From NCBI GenBank assembly GCA_964016885.1, contig OZ024741.1, positions 272,738,001 through 272,802,000 of the forward strand: a DNA stretch of 64,000 nucleotides, written 5' to 3'. How positions within the stretch are numbered: the stretch's first letter is position 1; every line of letters starts with the position of its first letter. Positions 26,904-39,924 of this stretch are shown here, one piece after another. This stretch comes from Eledone cirrhosa. Lineage: Eukaryota. The notes beneath the pieces are model-generated. The model saw nothing but the letters and a program-made list of their open reading frames with translations. It ran no database searches and was not told where the DNA came from. Made by a program: the position numbers and the translations under genes.

Positions 26904-28180
26904 ATAATCCTTATCGAGCCCTCTTCGGATTTAGTCTTCACATTTATTGTTTAACCCATGCTAGCGTGGAAGATAGACATTAAACAATGATGATGATGAT
27001 GATGATGATTTCTTGAAAAACAGTTTTGAAATCTGTCTATATATTGGTAGGAAGCTGTTAAAACAGCCAAATGCTGTTGAAACGGGTTTGGGTAGAAGAT
27101 TACCTTGAAGGACAGAAACAGCGGCTTGAAGTGAGTTGACTCGAAGTATTGATAGGAACGAAGAAATAAAGAAATAGAATGGAAGAGATCAACCTTTCTT
27201 TGGTGGCGCAATCATAAAATACACCAAGTGGACTCTGTAAAGTGATGGTCATTAGGAATGACATCCAGCCTTAGATATCATGTCAAAAATGGAACGTAGA
27301 GTAAAACATCTCCACCAACCGATCTTGAGGAAGATTAAGTAGTGACTTGGTCTGCAACAACTTGCCCAGTCCATGATAGTATAGGAAAGCAGATGTAATG
27401 GTGATGACAATGATGATGATGGTGATGATGATGATGAGGAGGAGGAGGGTGGTGATGGTGAAGGTGATGGTTAGATGATGATGATGGTGATGATGATGTG
27501 GAGGAGGAGGAGGATGAGGAGGAGGGTGGTGATGGTGATGGTGATGGTTAGATGATGATGATGTGGAGGAGGAGGATGATGAGGAGGAGGGTGGTGATGG
27601 TGATGGTGATGGTTAGATGATGATGATGGTGATGATGATGTGGAGGAGGAGGATGATGAGAAGGAGGGTGGTGATGGTGATGGTTAGATGATGATGACGG
27701 TGATGATGATGAGGAGGAGGGTGGTGATGGTTAGATGATGATGATGGTGATGATGATGAGGAGGAGGAGGATGAGGAGGAGGGTGGTGATGGTGATGGTG
27801 ATGGTTAGATGATGATGATGGTGATGATGATGAAGAGGATGATGATGAGGAGGATGGAGAGGATGGTGAGGACCGAGTGGTGATGGTGATGATGATGATG
27901 AGGATGAAGAGAATGATGATGACGATGATGAGGGGGAGGAGGAGGAGCCTGAAGAGCATGAAGGGGATGGTGAGGCGGGTGGTGGTGGTGATGACGATGA
28001 TGAGGAGGAGGAGTAGGAGGATGAAGAGGATATTTTAAAGCTTTGCTGAGAAATATTTAACAAGAACTTCTCAGACTGGCATGGGTCGGACGTGTGGTCC
28101 CAGTCCAGATGACACAGAGTAACCTGTCTTGATTATATCTTCCATATTTGGTAGGGTATCCTATGACAGGATACCCTTCC

Positions 28181-28625
28181 TACCACTTTACAGAGTGTAC
28201 TAGGTGGATTTTAGTTTGTAGCACCAATACTACCACTTTACAGAGTGTACTAGGTGGATTTTAGTTTGTAGCACCAATACTACCACTTTACAGAGTGTAC
28301 TAGGTGCATTTTAGTTTGTAGCACCAATACTACCACTTTACAGAGTGTACTAGGTGCATTTTAGTTTGTAGCACCAATACTACCACTTTACAGAGTGTAC
28401 TAGGTGCATTTTAGTTTGTAGCACCAATACTACCACTTTACAGAGTGTACTAGGTGCATTTTAGTTTGTAGCACCAATACTACCACTTTACAGGGTGTAC
28501 TAGGTGTCTTTTGTTATTGTGGCACCAATACTACCACTTTACAGAGTGTACTGGGTGTCTTTTCTCATTGTGGAACCAATACTACCACTTTACAGAGTGT
28601 ACTGGGTGTCTTTTCTAATTGTGGT
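28181..28625. repeat. 50-bp minisatellite, about 9 copies, grown from a SINE/RTE tail segment
   Basis: Unit TACCACTTTACAGAGTGTACTAGGTGCATTTTAGTTTGTAGCACCAATAC, directly preceded by GGATACCCTTCC. Confidence 0.88.
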
Positions 28626-28713
28626 AGCAACAGTAACATTTATTATTTAAGAAATGTCACAATATTTAAACAATAATAATTAACTTTGGGATATCTTTTT
28701 TTTATTTTTACAG

Positions 28714-28805
28714 ATCATATTTATTCAAAATACATATTTATTATGAAAGTTTGATTTTAAAAGAAATATTTGAACAGGAAATGTATACATCAGAAGCTTT
28801 TTTAG
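28714..28805 (+). CDS. DEG/ENaC/ASIC-like channel, exon D (pre-TM2)
   Basis: Acceptor tttttacag, donor gtaaaa. SYLFKIHIYYESLILKEIFEQEMYTSEAFL resembles the ASIC pre-TM2 strand region. Phase 2 to 1. Confidence 0.85.
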
Positions 28806-29117
28806 GTAAAAATAAATATAATTTTTTAATAATAATAATAATAATAATGAAATTATTGTGTAAAGTGCTCAGGTGCACTACAACTCGTCAAAGGTGCATG
28901 TATTGTACATAGAATAATATACAAATGTAAGGGAAGTGAATCTTGCCTGCATTAATTTCAACTTTTATTGATAACTGCATTGTTACTTTTCATGGACTAT
29001 GTTGAAAAATAAACCTCATTTGGTCATTCCATGAGAGTATATTGGTCAGCCTATGAACTTTTCAGGCGAGGCTCGTATTTCTTAGGACTGACAAAGATAA
29101 ACATAATTTTTTAATAT

Positions 29118-29614
29118 GTACGAGCGTCAGTTGAAAAGTTCATAGCTTGACTATGACAGATTGATGCTCGAGTTGTGAAATCTTACATGCATCAATTTCA
29201 ACTCTTCTCATCAATAACATGGCCTAGTGGTAAAGGTGTTGGACTTATGATCATAATGTCATGGGTTCAATTCCTGGACTGGGTTGTGTGCTGTATTCTT
29301 GAGCAAAACACTTCATTTCACGTTGCTCCAGTATACTCAGCTGAAATTGAGTACCAGCAATAGCTGGGAGTTTAACCCTGCGATGGACTGGTGTCCTGTC
29401 CAGGAGGAAGTCTTGTACCCTCAGTTGCTTCATGCCATGAAACCGGGATATGCACCGGCCAAATGAGTCTTCTGGCTTGAGACAGGCTTAGACTTAAACT
29501 TATTAATAACTGCATTGTTTCCTTCCAGGGATGATGTTAAAAAATAAACCTCATTTGGTCATTCCATGAGAGTATTTTGGTCAGCCTATGAGGTTTTCAG
29601 CCAACCTTCATATT
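29118..29614. mobile_element. Mariner-like MITE with nested tRNA SINE (~29217-29495)
   Basis: Ends TACGAGCGTCAGTTGAAAAGTTCATAG and CTATGAGGTTTTCAGCCAACCTTCATA. The right part is duplicated at ~28965-29110; a related copy with ~109-bp tandem repeats lies at ~33620-34033. Confidence 0.55.
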
Positions 29615-30030
29615 TCATATGACTGACTCAGATAAACATAATATCTTAATATGTATTACTTATGACTGACATAGAAACACATACACACACACAAACATAC
29701 ATATACATATATGTGTATATGTATGTCACATGTATGTCACACATATATATATATATATATATACATATCACCTTGACCAACCAGTCTGTCGGGCGCCATT
29801 TGGTGCCGCTGGTCACAGCACATGCTGTTTTAGCCATACGATGACGCCATCCCACTGGCTGGGCGGACAGGTTGTAAGTCTAAAGTCTGTCTTAAGCCAG
29901 AAGGCTTATTTGGCCGGTCCTTATCCCGGTTTCATGGCATGAAGTGACTGAGGGTACAAGACTTCCCCCTGGACAGGACGCATATGTATATATATCATAT
30001 ATATGTATATATATATCATATATATATATA

Positions 30031-31886
30031 TCATCACCATTTTACGTCCGTTCTTCCACGCTAGCATGGGTTAGATGGGTTGTCCTGTTGTGGGCAGTGT
30101 CCAGTCAGCTGACCTTGTCTTGCTCATACAGGAGCTGATTCTGGCTTGATTTCTACAGCTGGATGCCCTTCCTAACACCAACCTCCTTTACAGTGAGTGC
30201 TGTGTGTTTTTTGTCCATGGTGCCTACACGTCCACTTTACAGTGTGGGCTGGGTGCTTTTTTTGCCGTGGTACTTCCACAACCACTTTACAGTGGGAGGG
30301 AGTGGGGGCATATTGTCTATATGCTTCAGCCTGGCAATCGTCGAACTGGAAAAAGCCTTTGACAGAGTACCCCGTACCATAATCTGGTGGGCTCTTAGAA
30401 AATTAGGAGTAGATGAATGGCTTGTGAAAGCTGTACAAGCCATGTATAGAGGAGCAGTCAGCAAAGTTAGAGTTAGCAATGACTATAGCGAGGAATTTAG
30501 CATACAGGTCGGTGTCCACCAAGGCTCTGTTCTTAGCCCTCTCCTGTTCATTATAGTTTTGCAGGCAATAACGGAGGAGTTTAAGACTGGATGCCCATGG
30601 GAACTCCTGTATGCTGATGATCTTGCATGTATAGCTGAATCCATGGTAGAACTAGAGAAGAAATTCCAAACATGGAAGCAGGGACTAGAAAGAAAGGGTC
30701 TCAAAGTCAACCTGACAAAGACTAAGGTTCTTGTAAGTAGATGAGAAAACAGAACCCAGATTCCCTCAGGGAAATGACCTTGCTCAGTATGTAGGAAAGG
30801 TGTAGGTAGGAACTCCATCCTCTGCCCCAAATGTAAACAATGGGTACACAAGAGATGTAGTGGGAGCACAGGAAGTTTAACTAAGAATGTAGGCTTCATA
30901 TGTAGCAGCTGTGCTGGGACAGCAAGCAGCAAATGACCACAGGTAATAAGCACCACCAAACTCTGGGAGGGCTCTGTAGAAACAGTAGACAGCTTCTGCT
31001 ACCTAGGTGACTGAATTAGCAGCAGAGTTGGGTGTTTGGAAAGTACAATAACTAGGGTAAGAACGGGATGGAAGAAGTTCAGGGAGCTACTGCCACTGTT
31101 AGCTGCAAAAGGCTTTTCCCACAAAATGAAAGGCAGACTGTATGATGCGTGTATACGAACAGCAATGTTACATGGAAGTGAAATCTGGGCCGCTGTCTGT
31201 AGAAGACTTGCTCAGATTAGAAAGAAATGAAGCTTGCATGCTCCGATGGATGTGTAATAGTAATATACACGAACGGCAAAGTATAAACAAATTGCGAGAG
31301 AGACTGAACATAAGAGGAATCAAATGCTGTGTGCAGGAGAGGAGGTTGCGTTGGTATGGACATGTGATGCATATGAAGGATGACAGCTGCATAAAAAGGT
31401 GCAGAGCACTAGAATTCGATGGAAGCCGCGGAATGGGGAGACCCAAGAAGACCTGGGATGAGGTGATAAAGGCCGACCTTACCCAATTGCACCTCTCAAG
31501 GGCAATGACACACGACCGTGACCTCTGGAGTCATGCAGTAATACAGAAGACCCAACACCCCACAGGAACAAGCCGAAGCTGAAGCATATAAACAATATGC
31601 CCCCACACCCTCCCACTGCAAAGTGGTCGTGGAGGCGCCACAGCCAAACAAAGCACCCAGCCCACACTGTAAAGTGGATGTGTAGGCGCCAGGGAAAAAA
31701 AGCACCCAGCACTCACTTTAAATGAGGTTGGTGTTAGGAAGGGCATCCAGCTGTAGAAATCAAGCCAGAATCAGTTCCTGTATGAGCAAGACAAGGTCAG
31801 CTGATTGGACACTGCCCACAACAGGACAACCCATCTAACCCATGCTAGCGTGGAAGAACGGACATAAAATGGTGATGATGATGATG
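30031..31886 (+). mobile_element. Truncated RTE-like LINE bracketed by an inverted copy of its own 3' end
   Basis: RT 30335-31582 (EKAFD, GVHQGS, LYADD; stops and frameshifts). 30031-30331 is the approximate reverse complement of 31576-31880. Confidence 0.88.
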
Positions 31887-32099
31887 CACATTAGCAGACT
31901 GCCTGATCAGTAAGATCTGCATATTAGCTGACCCACTGATCAGCCAGATTTATGGAAAATGGATGTTAAACGGCGATCTTGATGATGATGATGATGATAT
32001 AGTAATGATAAATACAAAGACCAGAATCCAATGAGGGCTCAATAAGGATTGTATATATATGTATATAAGTATACGTATAAAATATATAAACCTGTAGAG

Positions 32100-32426
32100 C
32101 AGTGGTTCCCAAGCTTTTGTGTACCATGCCCCACCTTAACATCTCACAATTGTTACCCCACCCCCATGACTTTTATAAAAACAGCAATGATCAACTGAAA
32201 AGTATAAATAAATTGGTGTATAGGAGGTTCCAGATGCACAATAACATGTGTGGAGGAAGTGAGACAGGAGTTTCTGACAGTAATGAGTACCAAAGTTACC
32301 TTGGTATAAAATTAATAAGGTAAAACCTGAAGTTTGACTTCATTAACATCATTTTCAAATTGCCACCCTTAAATTTTTAAATTACCCTATTTGTTGGGTG
32401 TGTGCCTCACGTTGGGAATCACTGCT
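32100..32426. mobile_element. hAT-like MITE
   Basis: TIR CAGTGGTTCCCAA / TTGGGAATCACTG with an 8-bp TSD CTGTAGAG on both sides. Confidence 0.75.
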
Positions 32427-32526
32427 GTAGAGCAAATATTTATTATTAGTACAGATTAAATTTTAAGTACTTTCACCCTAAATGGGATCTTCTGAAATAT
32501 ATATACTGTTGTATTGTATTTTGCAG

Positions 32527-32660
32527 CTCAATTTGGTGGCCAGATGGGACTCTTCCTTGGAGCAAGCCTCATAACAGCTATGGAATTGCTGGAGCTGATA
32601 ATTATGGTTTTATGGACACAGTTTCGTTGTTTGATAAACTATATTCTTGGTGTATTATAA
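32527..32660 (+). CDS. DEG/ENaC/ASIC-like channel, terminal exon E (TM2 and GAS selectivity filter)
   Basis: Acceptor ttttgcag. AQFGGQMGLFLGASLITAMELLELIIMVLW...GVL-stop is the canonical DEG/ENaC TM2, in phase with exon D. Confidence 0.92.
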
Positions 32661-32993
32661 CTTGTTATATAATTTTTTTTATTTTCAAACTATGTTTTAT
32701 GATACATTTTCAATATGGTAACTGAGGGCAGCCTTCTTTATTTGCTCATACCCAAATGACGAAGCTAAGTGAAATCAGAATTGAAAACAGATTGTAGACT
32801 CAGCTAATCACAAGTTTTTCTTTCTCCTATAAAACAAAAGGAGCTAATCAGCAGATCAAACTAAGGAATCAATGTCTCCATTGATTTTTCCACATATTTT
32901 CTGCAAGGGGTGATAACTCATGGAAGAAGGATGTGGGATTTGAACTCAGAACACTGAAAGCCAAATACAGAAAGGCACGCTGTTTCAATGTTA

Positions 32994-33188
32994 CAGACCT
33001 GCCAACCTCTAAAAACCCAAACAGGGAGTACCATGAAAAAAAGTGCCCCAAAACAGGGAGAAATGAGGCAAAATGGGGAGATTTTACATAATGAAAGCTA
33101 TACCCATTTTCACAAGAGAAGACATCTCTCACCCACCCCAAAGTGGGTGGGAGATCTCCCCGTCGGATGGGGATAGTTGACAGGTCTG
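32994..33188. mobile_element. 195-bp MITE with 13-bp TIR and 6-bp TSD
   Basis: ATGTTA|CAGACCTGCCAAC ... GTTGACAGGTCTG|ATGTTA. Confidence 0.75.
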
Positions 33189-34346
33189 ATGTTAACAATT
33201 CTACCAATGCACTACCACATGACTAGTGGTGGTGAGAGTCAGTAGAGCATCGGATGTTAAACATCTGTTTTAGCTCTCTGCACACTGAGTTCTAATCCTG
33301 CTGTTGTCATCTTTGTCTTTCATCCTTTAATGATCAATAAATAAAGTACAAGTTCAGCCTTGTCCTGTGGGTTGGCTATATCTAACTAACAATGGATATT
33401 GCTTTGCTATATATGGCTGGTTTTGTTATACTTAACTAACATTGGATATGATTCTATAATGTTTAATGAATATTGAAAATATTTCTGTTATATTTAATAA
33501 ATATTGGCAGTGGATATCCTATATGTAAACCAATATTAGATATAGATCTGCTATATTTAACAAATACTGGATATGGCTTTGATATACTCGAACAGCCGTG
33601 GCTAAACTTCTGCTATAACAAGGATCAGCTGAAAAGTTTATAGGCTGACCCAGACACTTTCATGGACTGACCAAATAAGGTTTATTTTTCAACATAATCC
33701 CTGGAAAGAAACAATTCAGTTATTAATAAGAACAGTTGAAATTAATGCATGCAAGATTTCACAGCCTTAGCATCACTCCTTCATAGTCAGCCTATGAACT
33801 TTCAGCACACCTCCGTACATAATGTAGTTATTAATAAGAACAGTTGAAATTAAAGCATGCAAGATTTCACAGCCTTAGCATCATTCCTTCATAGTCAGCC
33901 TATTAACTTTCAGCCCACCTCTGTACATAATGTAGTTATTCATAAGAACAGTTGAAATTAATGCATACAAGATTTCACAGCCTTAACATCACTCCTTCAT
34001 AGTCAGCCTATGAGCTTTCAGCACACCCTCGTATTTACACAGTACTCCACCCATCCTGGATATGTTATTCCTATATTCCTATATTTAACCAACATTGACA
34101 ATGGTAATAACAAACACTGTTTATTTGTGAAACTATCTAACATTAGCCACCAATCAATCAATAAAATTCACTTTATTAACATTTCAAATGTGTTCAACTT
34201 GTTTTATATTTACTTATTCCAATGTTGCAACCAGTAGATTGTATCAGCAATGGAAAGACCAATGGAAACATTGTTTCCTTGGTCCGATTTGATAAACTCC
34301 ACTCCACTAAACTTGGTAAGAAAATGAAGTTTAGGATCTTGTCAAT

Positions 34347-34754
<408 letters not shown>

Positions 34755-34755
<1 letters not shown>

Positions 34756-35106
34756 GGAGGCACATGGCTTAGTGGTTAGAGCATTGGCCTTGCAATCGAA
34801 AGGTTGTGAGTTCAATTCTCAGACCGGGTGATGTGTTGTTTCCTTGAGCAAGACACTTTATTTCACATTGCTCCAGTTTACTCAGCTGTAGAAATGAGAT
34901 GATAGGGACTGGGTTCCCTATCATTCCACTGCAAAGTGGACGTGTAGGCGCCACGGCAAAAAAGCACCCAGCACTCACTGTAAATGAGGTTGGTGTTAGG
35001 AAGGGCATCCAGCTGTAGAAATCAAGCCAGAATCAGTTCCCGTCCCACCCTTGCAAGCAGGGAAAAGCGGACGTAAAATGAAATGATGATGATGATGATG
35101 ATGATA
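34755..35106 (+). mobile_element. Full-length tRNA-head SINE
   Basis: GGAGGCACATGGCTTAGTGGTTAGAGC (A box), GAGTTCAATTC (B box), tail ending (GAT)n. Confidence 0.9.
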
Positions 35107-35131
35107 TATATATATATATATTATATATATA

Positions 35132-35194
<63 letters not shown>

Positions 35195-35197
<3 letters not shown>

Positions 35198-35572
35198 TTT
35201 GTATATCTAAAGATATATAGTATGTTTATAAATAAATATTTTGAAAGACACAGCTATGAATAGAAAACGAGCGGTGTCCAGCAGAAGCAGGGGGGATAAC
35301 TGTTGATGTGTTTCGAACTTAATGGTTCTCATCAGGACAATGCTTCCTTCTCTTTACTGCTGGACTTTGAAACAGGCAAAAATATATAGTTTTTTCGTCT
35401 GTGTAAATGAGCTAATTAGCCTCATTTGCATACAAAGCTGTATAAGTTGGCTCAACTCAAAATAGAATTAGAATTTAGTTTCGTCATAGCTGTATACAAA
35501 TATGTATGTGAATTGATATACGGAATGTTTATAAATAAATATTTTGAAAGTCACAGCTATGAATAGAAGACG
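35195..35572 (-). mobile_element. Partial-tandem insert (303-bp period) with a decayed hammerhead at 35301-35339
   Basis: 35222-35269 is repeated at 35525-35572. The minus strand reads TGTC-CTGATGA-GAAC-CATTAA-GTTC-GAAA-CACA-TC-AACA. Confidence 0.6.
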
Positions 35573-35581
35573 TATATATAT

Positions 35582-35654
<73 letters not shown>

Positions 35655-36083
35655 AGTGTGTTGCTCTTTCTGCCAGGAGTTGTGACCAGTAGATAGTATC
35701 ATCAATGGAAAGACCACCCCTCTCACTAAGCAAATGAGGTTTGGGATCTTGTTGATCGATTAAAAAAACGTCAAATTTCAAGAGTGTTTATCGCCAAATA
35801 GTAAACATGAAAGAATGGTTAAGAATTTCACTTTACAAACATTAGGTCCCAGGTTCAATCCCCCAGCATGGCATCTTGGGCATGTGTCATTTCTGTGGCC
35901 TTAGGTCAACCCATGCCTTGTGTGAGGACCCTTCAGTTGTGCCAAAAACAAGACGGCCTCTCTTGCACACTCAGTAGAATCCATGACCATATGTAAGCAA
36001 AATGCAGACCCCTTGGCCTGTCTAGGAGGTCAGTAGTCCTGCTTCAATACTGACTTGGTCTATATAGACCCATCCAACCTTTG

Positions 36084-37445
36084 CTAGCAGGGATTCACTG
36101 TACTCCCAAGGTATATGAAAAATTCCACAACCTTAAGGAGATTACCTTTCACATATATTTTAGGTTGCTGCACACCTCGACTAGGTGCAGGTTGACATAA
36201 AACTACCGTTTTCTTTAAATTTATAGTCAAGCCAAAGATTTCACATGCTGAATCAAATGTAAAAATCCACAATTGTAATTGATGATCAAGTATGGTTGAC
36301 TAGATCACAGTTATCTTATAAGTGGGGTGAACACTTTACTCTTAAATTTCATCCTTGCTAAATTTAAGACATATGATATCTTATATCTGTTCCTTCATTG
36401 TTGCTTTGGAAAACATAATAGGGCATAGCAGCAAAATATATTGCATAGAGAGTAGGTACATCAAGATCTTCCTCTTTCGCATCACTTTCCATTGCAAAAA
36501 AGGCTCAGACAATATGCTCCCAAAGTTAATTCAGGATTTTATATCTTTATGAAGAGCTTTCAATATATTTACACACTTTTGAGAGCATTCAGATTTAGAC
36601 AAAACCAACCACTAGCAGTAAACTGTTAACAGTATTGAATACCTTACTGAGATCAACAAAACAATGGTAAAGAGTGAAGTTCTGTTCAATACGTTTTTCC
36701 TGCAGTTGTCTGATTGTGAAGATCATATCATTGGTGCCTCTTTTCACATGAAAACCACATTGTAACTCTGATATGACTCTTGGCTCTATGAAAGTGTTAA
36801 GCCATTCCAAAAGGACAAATGCTAGAAGCCTACCAACAATAGGGAAATGTCCCTAAAATTATCATATTTGGTCTTTGGTACCAGATTTGAAAAAGGAAAC
36901 CAAGATAGAATCAACCCAGTCTTGTGGTACTTCCTCCCTTCTCCAACAATGAGACATTACTATATGTAAAAGTTCTACCATTTCCTCACCTCCATGTTTA
37001 AGAAGCTCAGCATTAATACCATCCAGTCCAGGAGATTTATTGCTATTTAATTTCTGTACATCAGACGCAATGTCATATCTAGTTGGTTCTGATGCCATTT
37101 CATTTACAATTGAGTAGCTTTTCATTGATTCAATAATGTTTATGTTGACATCGAAGGATCTGTTAAGGATTTCAGAGAAGTGTTCTACCCAACAGTTCTG
37201 AATGGAGACAATATCAGTCAAGAATGACTGACCATTTGTAGCTCTTAATGGTGCTGTATAAGAGGATTGAGGACTACACACTTCTTTAATGTAGGAAAAA
37301 AACACCTTAATGTCCTCTACTGCCTCTTTTCCTTGCTTGGCTTTGTCTTGCCACCATTGCAGCTTAATATTTCTCAAAGCATTTTGCACTTTTATTTTTA
37401 GTTGCTTATAAGATTAATTACAAACAGGATTGATTGAATCAATAT
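36084..37445 (-). mobile_element. Old degenerate RTE-like LINE fragment
   Basis: KSPGLDGINAELLKHGG, QCGF...DMIFTIRQLQEK, FVDLSKVFN and FGLTINLKKT...YLGS in broken frames. Confidence 0.8.
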
Positions 37446-37491
37446 ATATACGTATATCTCCCTCTCTCACCAACTCTCTCTCTCTCTCTCT

Positions 37492-37534
<43 letters not shown>

Positions 37535-37655
37535 TGTAATAAACAACATAAGATAATTATTCCATTTACCAGTGGTTTTTTGAAGATAGCCTACATAGAG
37601 CACTCTCTTTTCCTTTACCCTTCCTACGGAAATACTTCATTTATATATATATATA

Positions 37656-38152
<497 letters not shown>

Positions 38153-38308
38153 CATATATATATATACACACATATATATATATATAAATGAAGTATTTCC
38201 GTAGGAAGGGTAAAGGAAAAGAGAGTGCTCTATGTAGGCTATCTTCAAGAAATCACTGGTAAATGAAATAATTATCTTATGTTGTTTATTACATAACTAT
38301 ATATATAT

Positions 38309-39543
38309 ATAAAGATTTACATATACATAAACATAAAGTCATAGAGATATATGTGTTTTGCAACCGGTCACGTTGTGGCTCAATGAAGAATTAATAAATT
38401 AAATAATCAGAGCAATATATCATAAATCATGTCTTTAGAATTATTAGATAAAATATATACCATTTCCTCTACCAATTAGCATAATTAACCATATAAAAAA
38501 TCAATTAGACCAAGCTATTAGAATAAAGGCTCTTATGAAGAAATTTCCGATAAAGATATAATTCTTTCCGACAAAGATATAATTCCGGGAGAGATATAAT
38601 TACGGTATGTACGCATTTCTTCTAAGTTAGAATTTACACCTAATTGTGTATGGTTGACGGTATATTTAGTCAATTTCTACATGCTGTTGAAATGTTGGAT
38701 AAATACTCTATCGGGGCCACCGCGAAGAGGCTGCTTTCGGTTATTTGTCGGAAATTTCTTCATAGGAGCCTTTATTCTTATAGCTTGGTCTAATTGATTT
38801 TTTATATGGTTAATTATGCTAATTGGTAGAGGAAATGGTATATATTTTATCTAATAATTCTAAAGACATGATTTATGATATATTGCTCTGATTATTTAAT
38901 TTATTAATTCTTCATTGAGCCACAACGTGACCGGTTGCAAAACACATATATATATCTATGACTTTATGTTTATGTATATGTAAATCTTTATATTTAATAA
39001 TCTCCCGTTAGGTTGAGATACAATTGGGCGATATTGGGCTGCGCTTTCTAGCAACAAGCCTACCCGCCGTAAGCAACTAATCACATTCTTTCTAACTTGA
39101 CCACTGCCACGTCACGATTCTTAGCCATTTTTGAATCTATTTTTGGCGCGATCACTTTGGAAAATTAAATGTCTAATTTCGAGTTCACTCCTGATGAGTC
39201 CGATACTCTGGACGTATCCTGTTATTGGATGTCTAAAAGTGCGGAAGAAACCATGGTAGAGATATAATTACGGTATGTACGCATTTCATCTAAGTTTGAA
39301 TTTACACCTAATTGTGTATGGTTGACGGTATATTTCTACATACTGTTGAAATGTTGGATAAATACTCTATCGGGGCCACCGCGAAGAGGCCGCTTTCGGT
39401 TATTTGTCAGAAATTTCTTAATAGGAGCCTTTATTCTTATAGCTTGGTCTAATTGACTTTTTTATATGGTTAATTATGCTAATTGGTAGAGGAAATGGTA
39501 TATATTTTATCGAATAATTCTAAAGACATGATTTATGATATAT
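38309..39543 (+). mobile_element. Non-coding pLTR/retrozyme-like insert: inverted arm plus ~1.4 tandem 668-bp units with a hammerhead at 39188-39261
   Basis: 38309-38553 is the reverse complement of 38745-38992; 38590-38883 is repeated at 39258-39543. Fold: CTC-CTGATGA-gTCCG...CGGAa-GAAA-CCATGG-TA-GAG. Confidence 0.7.
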
Positions 39544-39569
39544 ATATATATATATATACATAAATATAT

Positions 39570-39831
39570 ATATCAACTATAAATAGATTGACATATATAT
39601 ATATAAAATAAATGGAACAATCACAGGGAATAATTTGTAAAGAATGTAAGCACACATAGCTAGGTAGGTAACTAATTAAAGTTTAACTAGAACTTCGAAT
39701 ATAGATACCTTTTAAAATGATTAATCATTTTAAAAGCTATCTAGTTAAACTTTAATTAGTTACCTACCTAGCTATGTGTGCTTCCATGTATTTATTTTAT
39801 ATATATAGGTTAATCTATTTCTAGTTGATAT
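39570..39831. repeat. Imperfect spacer-less palindrome centred on ATGATTAATCAT (~39722)
   Basis: AAGCACACATAGCTAGGTAGGTAACTAATTAAAGTTTAACTAGA is mirrored by TCTAGTTAAACTTTAATTAGTTACCTACCTAGCTATGTGTGCTT; outer arms ATATCAACTA/TAGTTGATAT. Confidence 0.85.
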
Positions 39832-39924
39832 GTAATGCTCGGATCTATTCATTGGAATCTTTGACCTTATTCTACAGTGGATATGGCGCATGTTTCTCAG
39901 ACATGACAACCCTTAATTTAATTT

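Noticed and set aside
26900-27210. Candidate missing knuckle micro-exon of the channel gene
   Set aside because: The AG...GT segments I examined lacked a suitable length, phase or polypyrimidine tract.
25098-28063. His-, Ser-, Asp- and Ile-rich ORFs
   Set aside because: (GAT)n-type low-complexity DNA, open in several frames on both strands.
28181-28625. Regular repeats resembling a CRISPR array
   Set aside because: The units are wholly repeated with no unique spacers, there are no cas genes, and the context is eukaryotic.
34755-34830. tRNA-like sequences with a TTGCAAT loop
   Set aside because: They are SINE heads: there is no proper acceptor stem and they run into a repeated body.
37575-37645. 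Possible hammerhead (TTGAAGA...GGAAATAC) in the inverted arm
   Set aside because: The core is not compensatory and stems I and III could not be formed convincingly.
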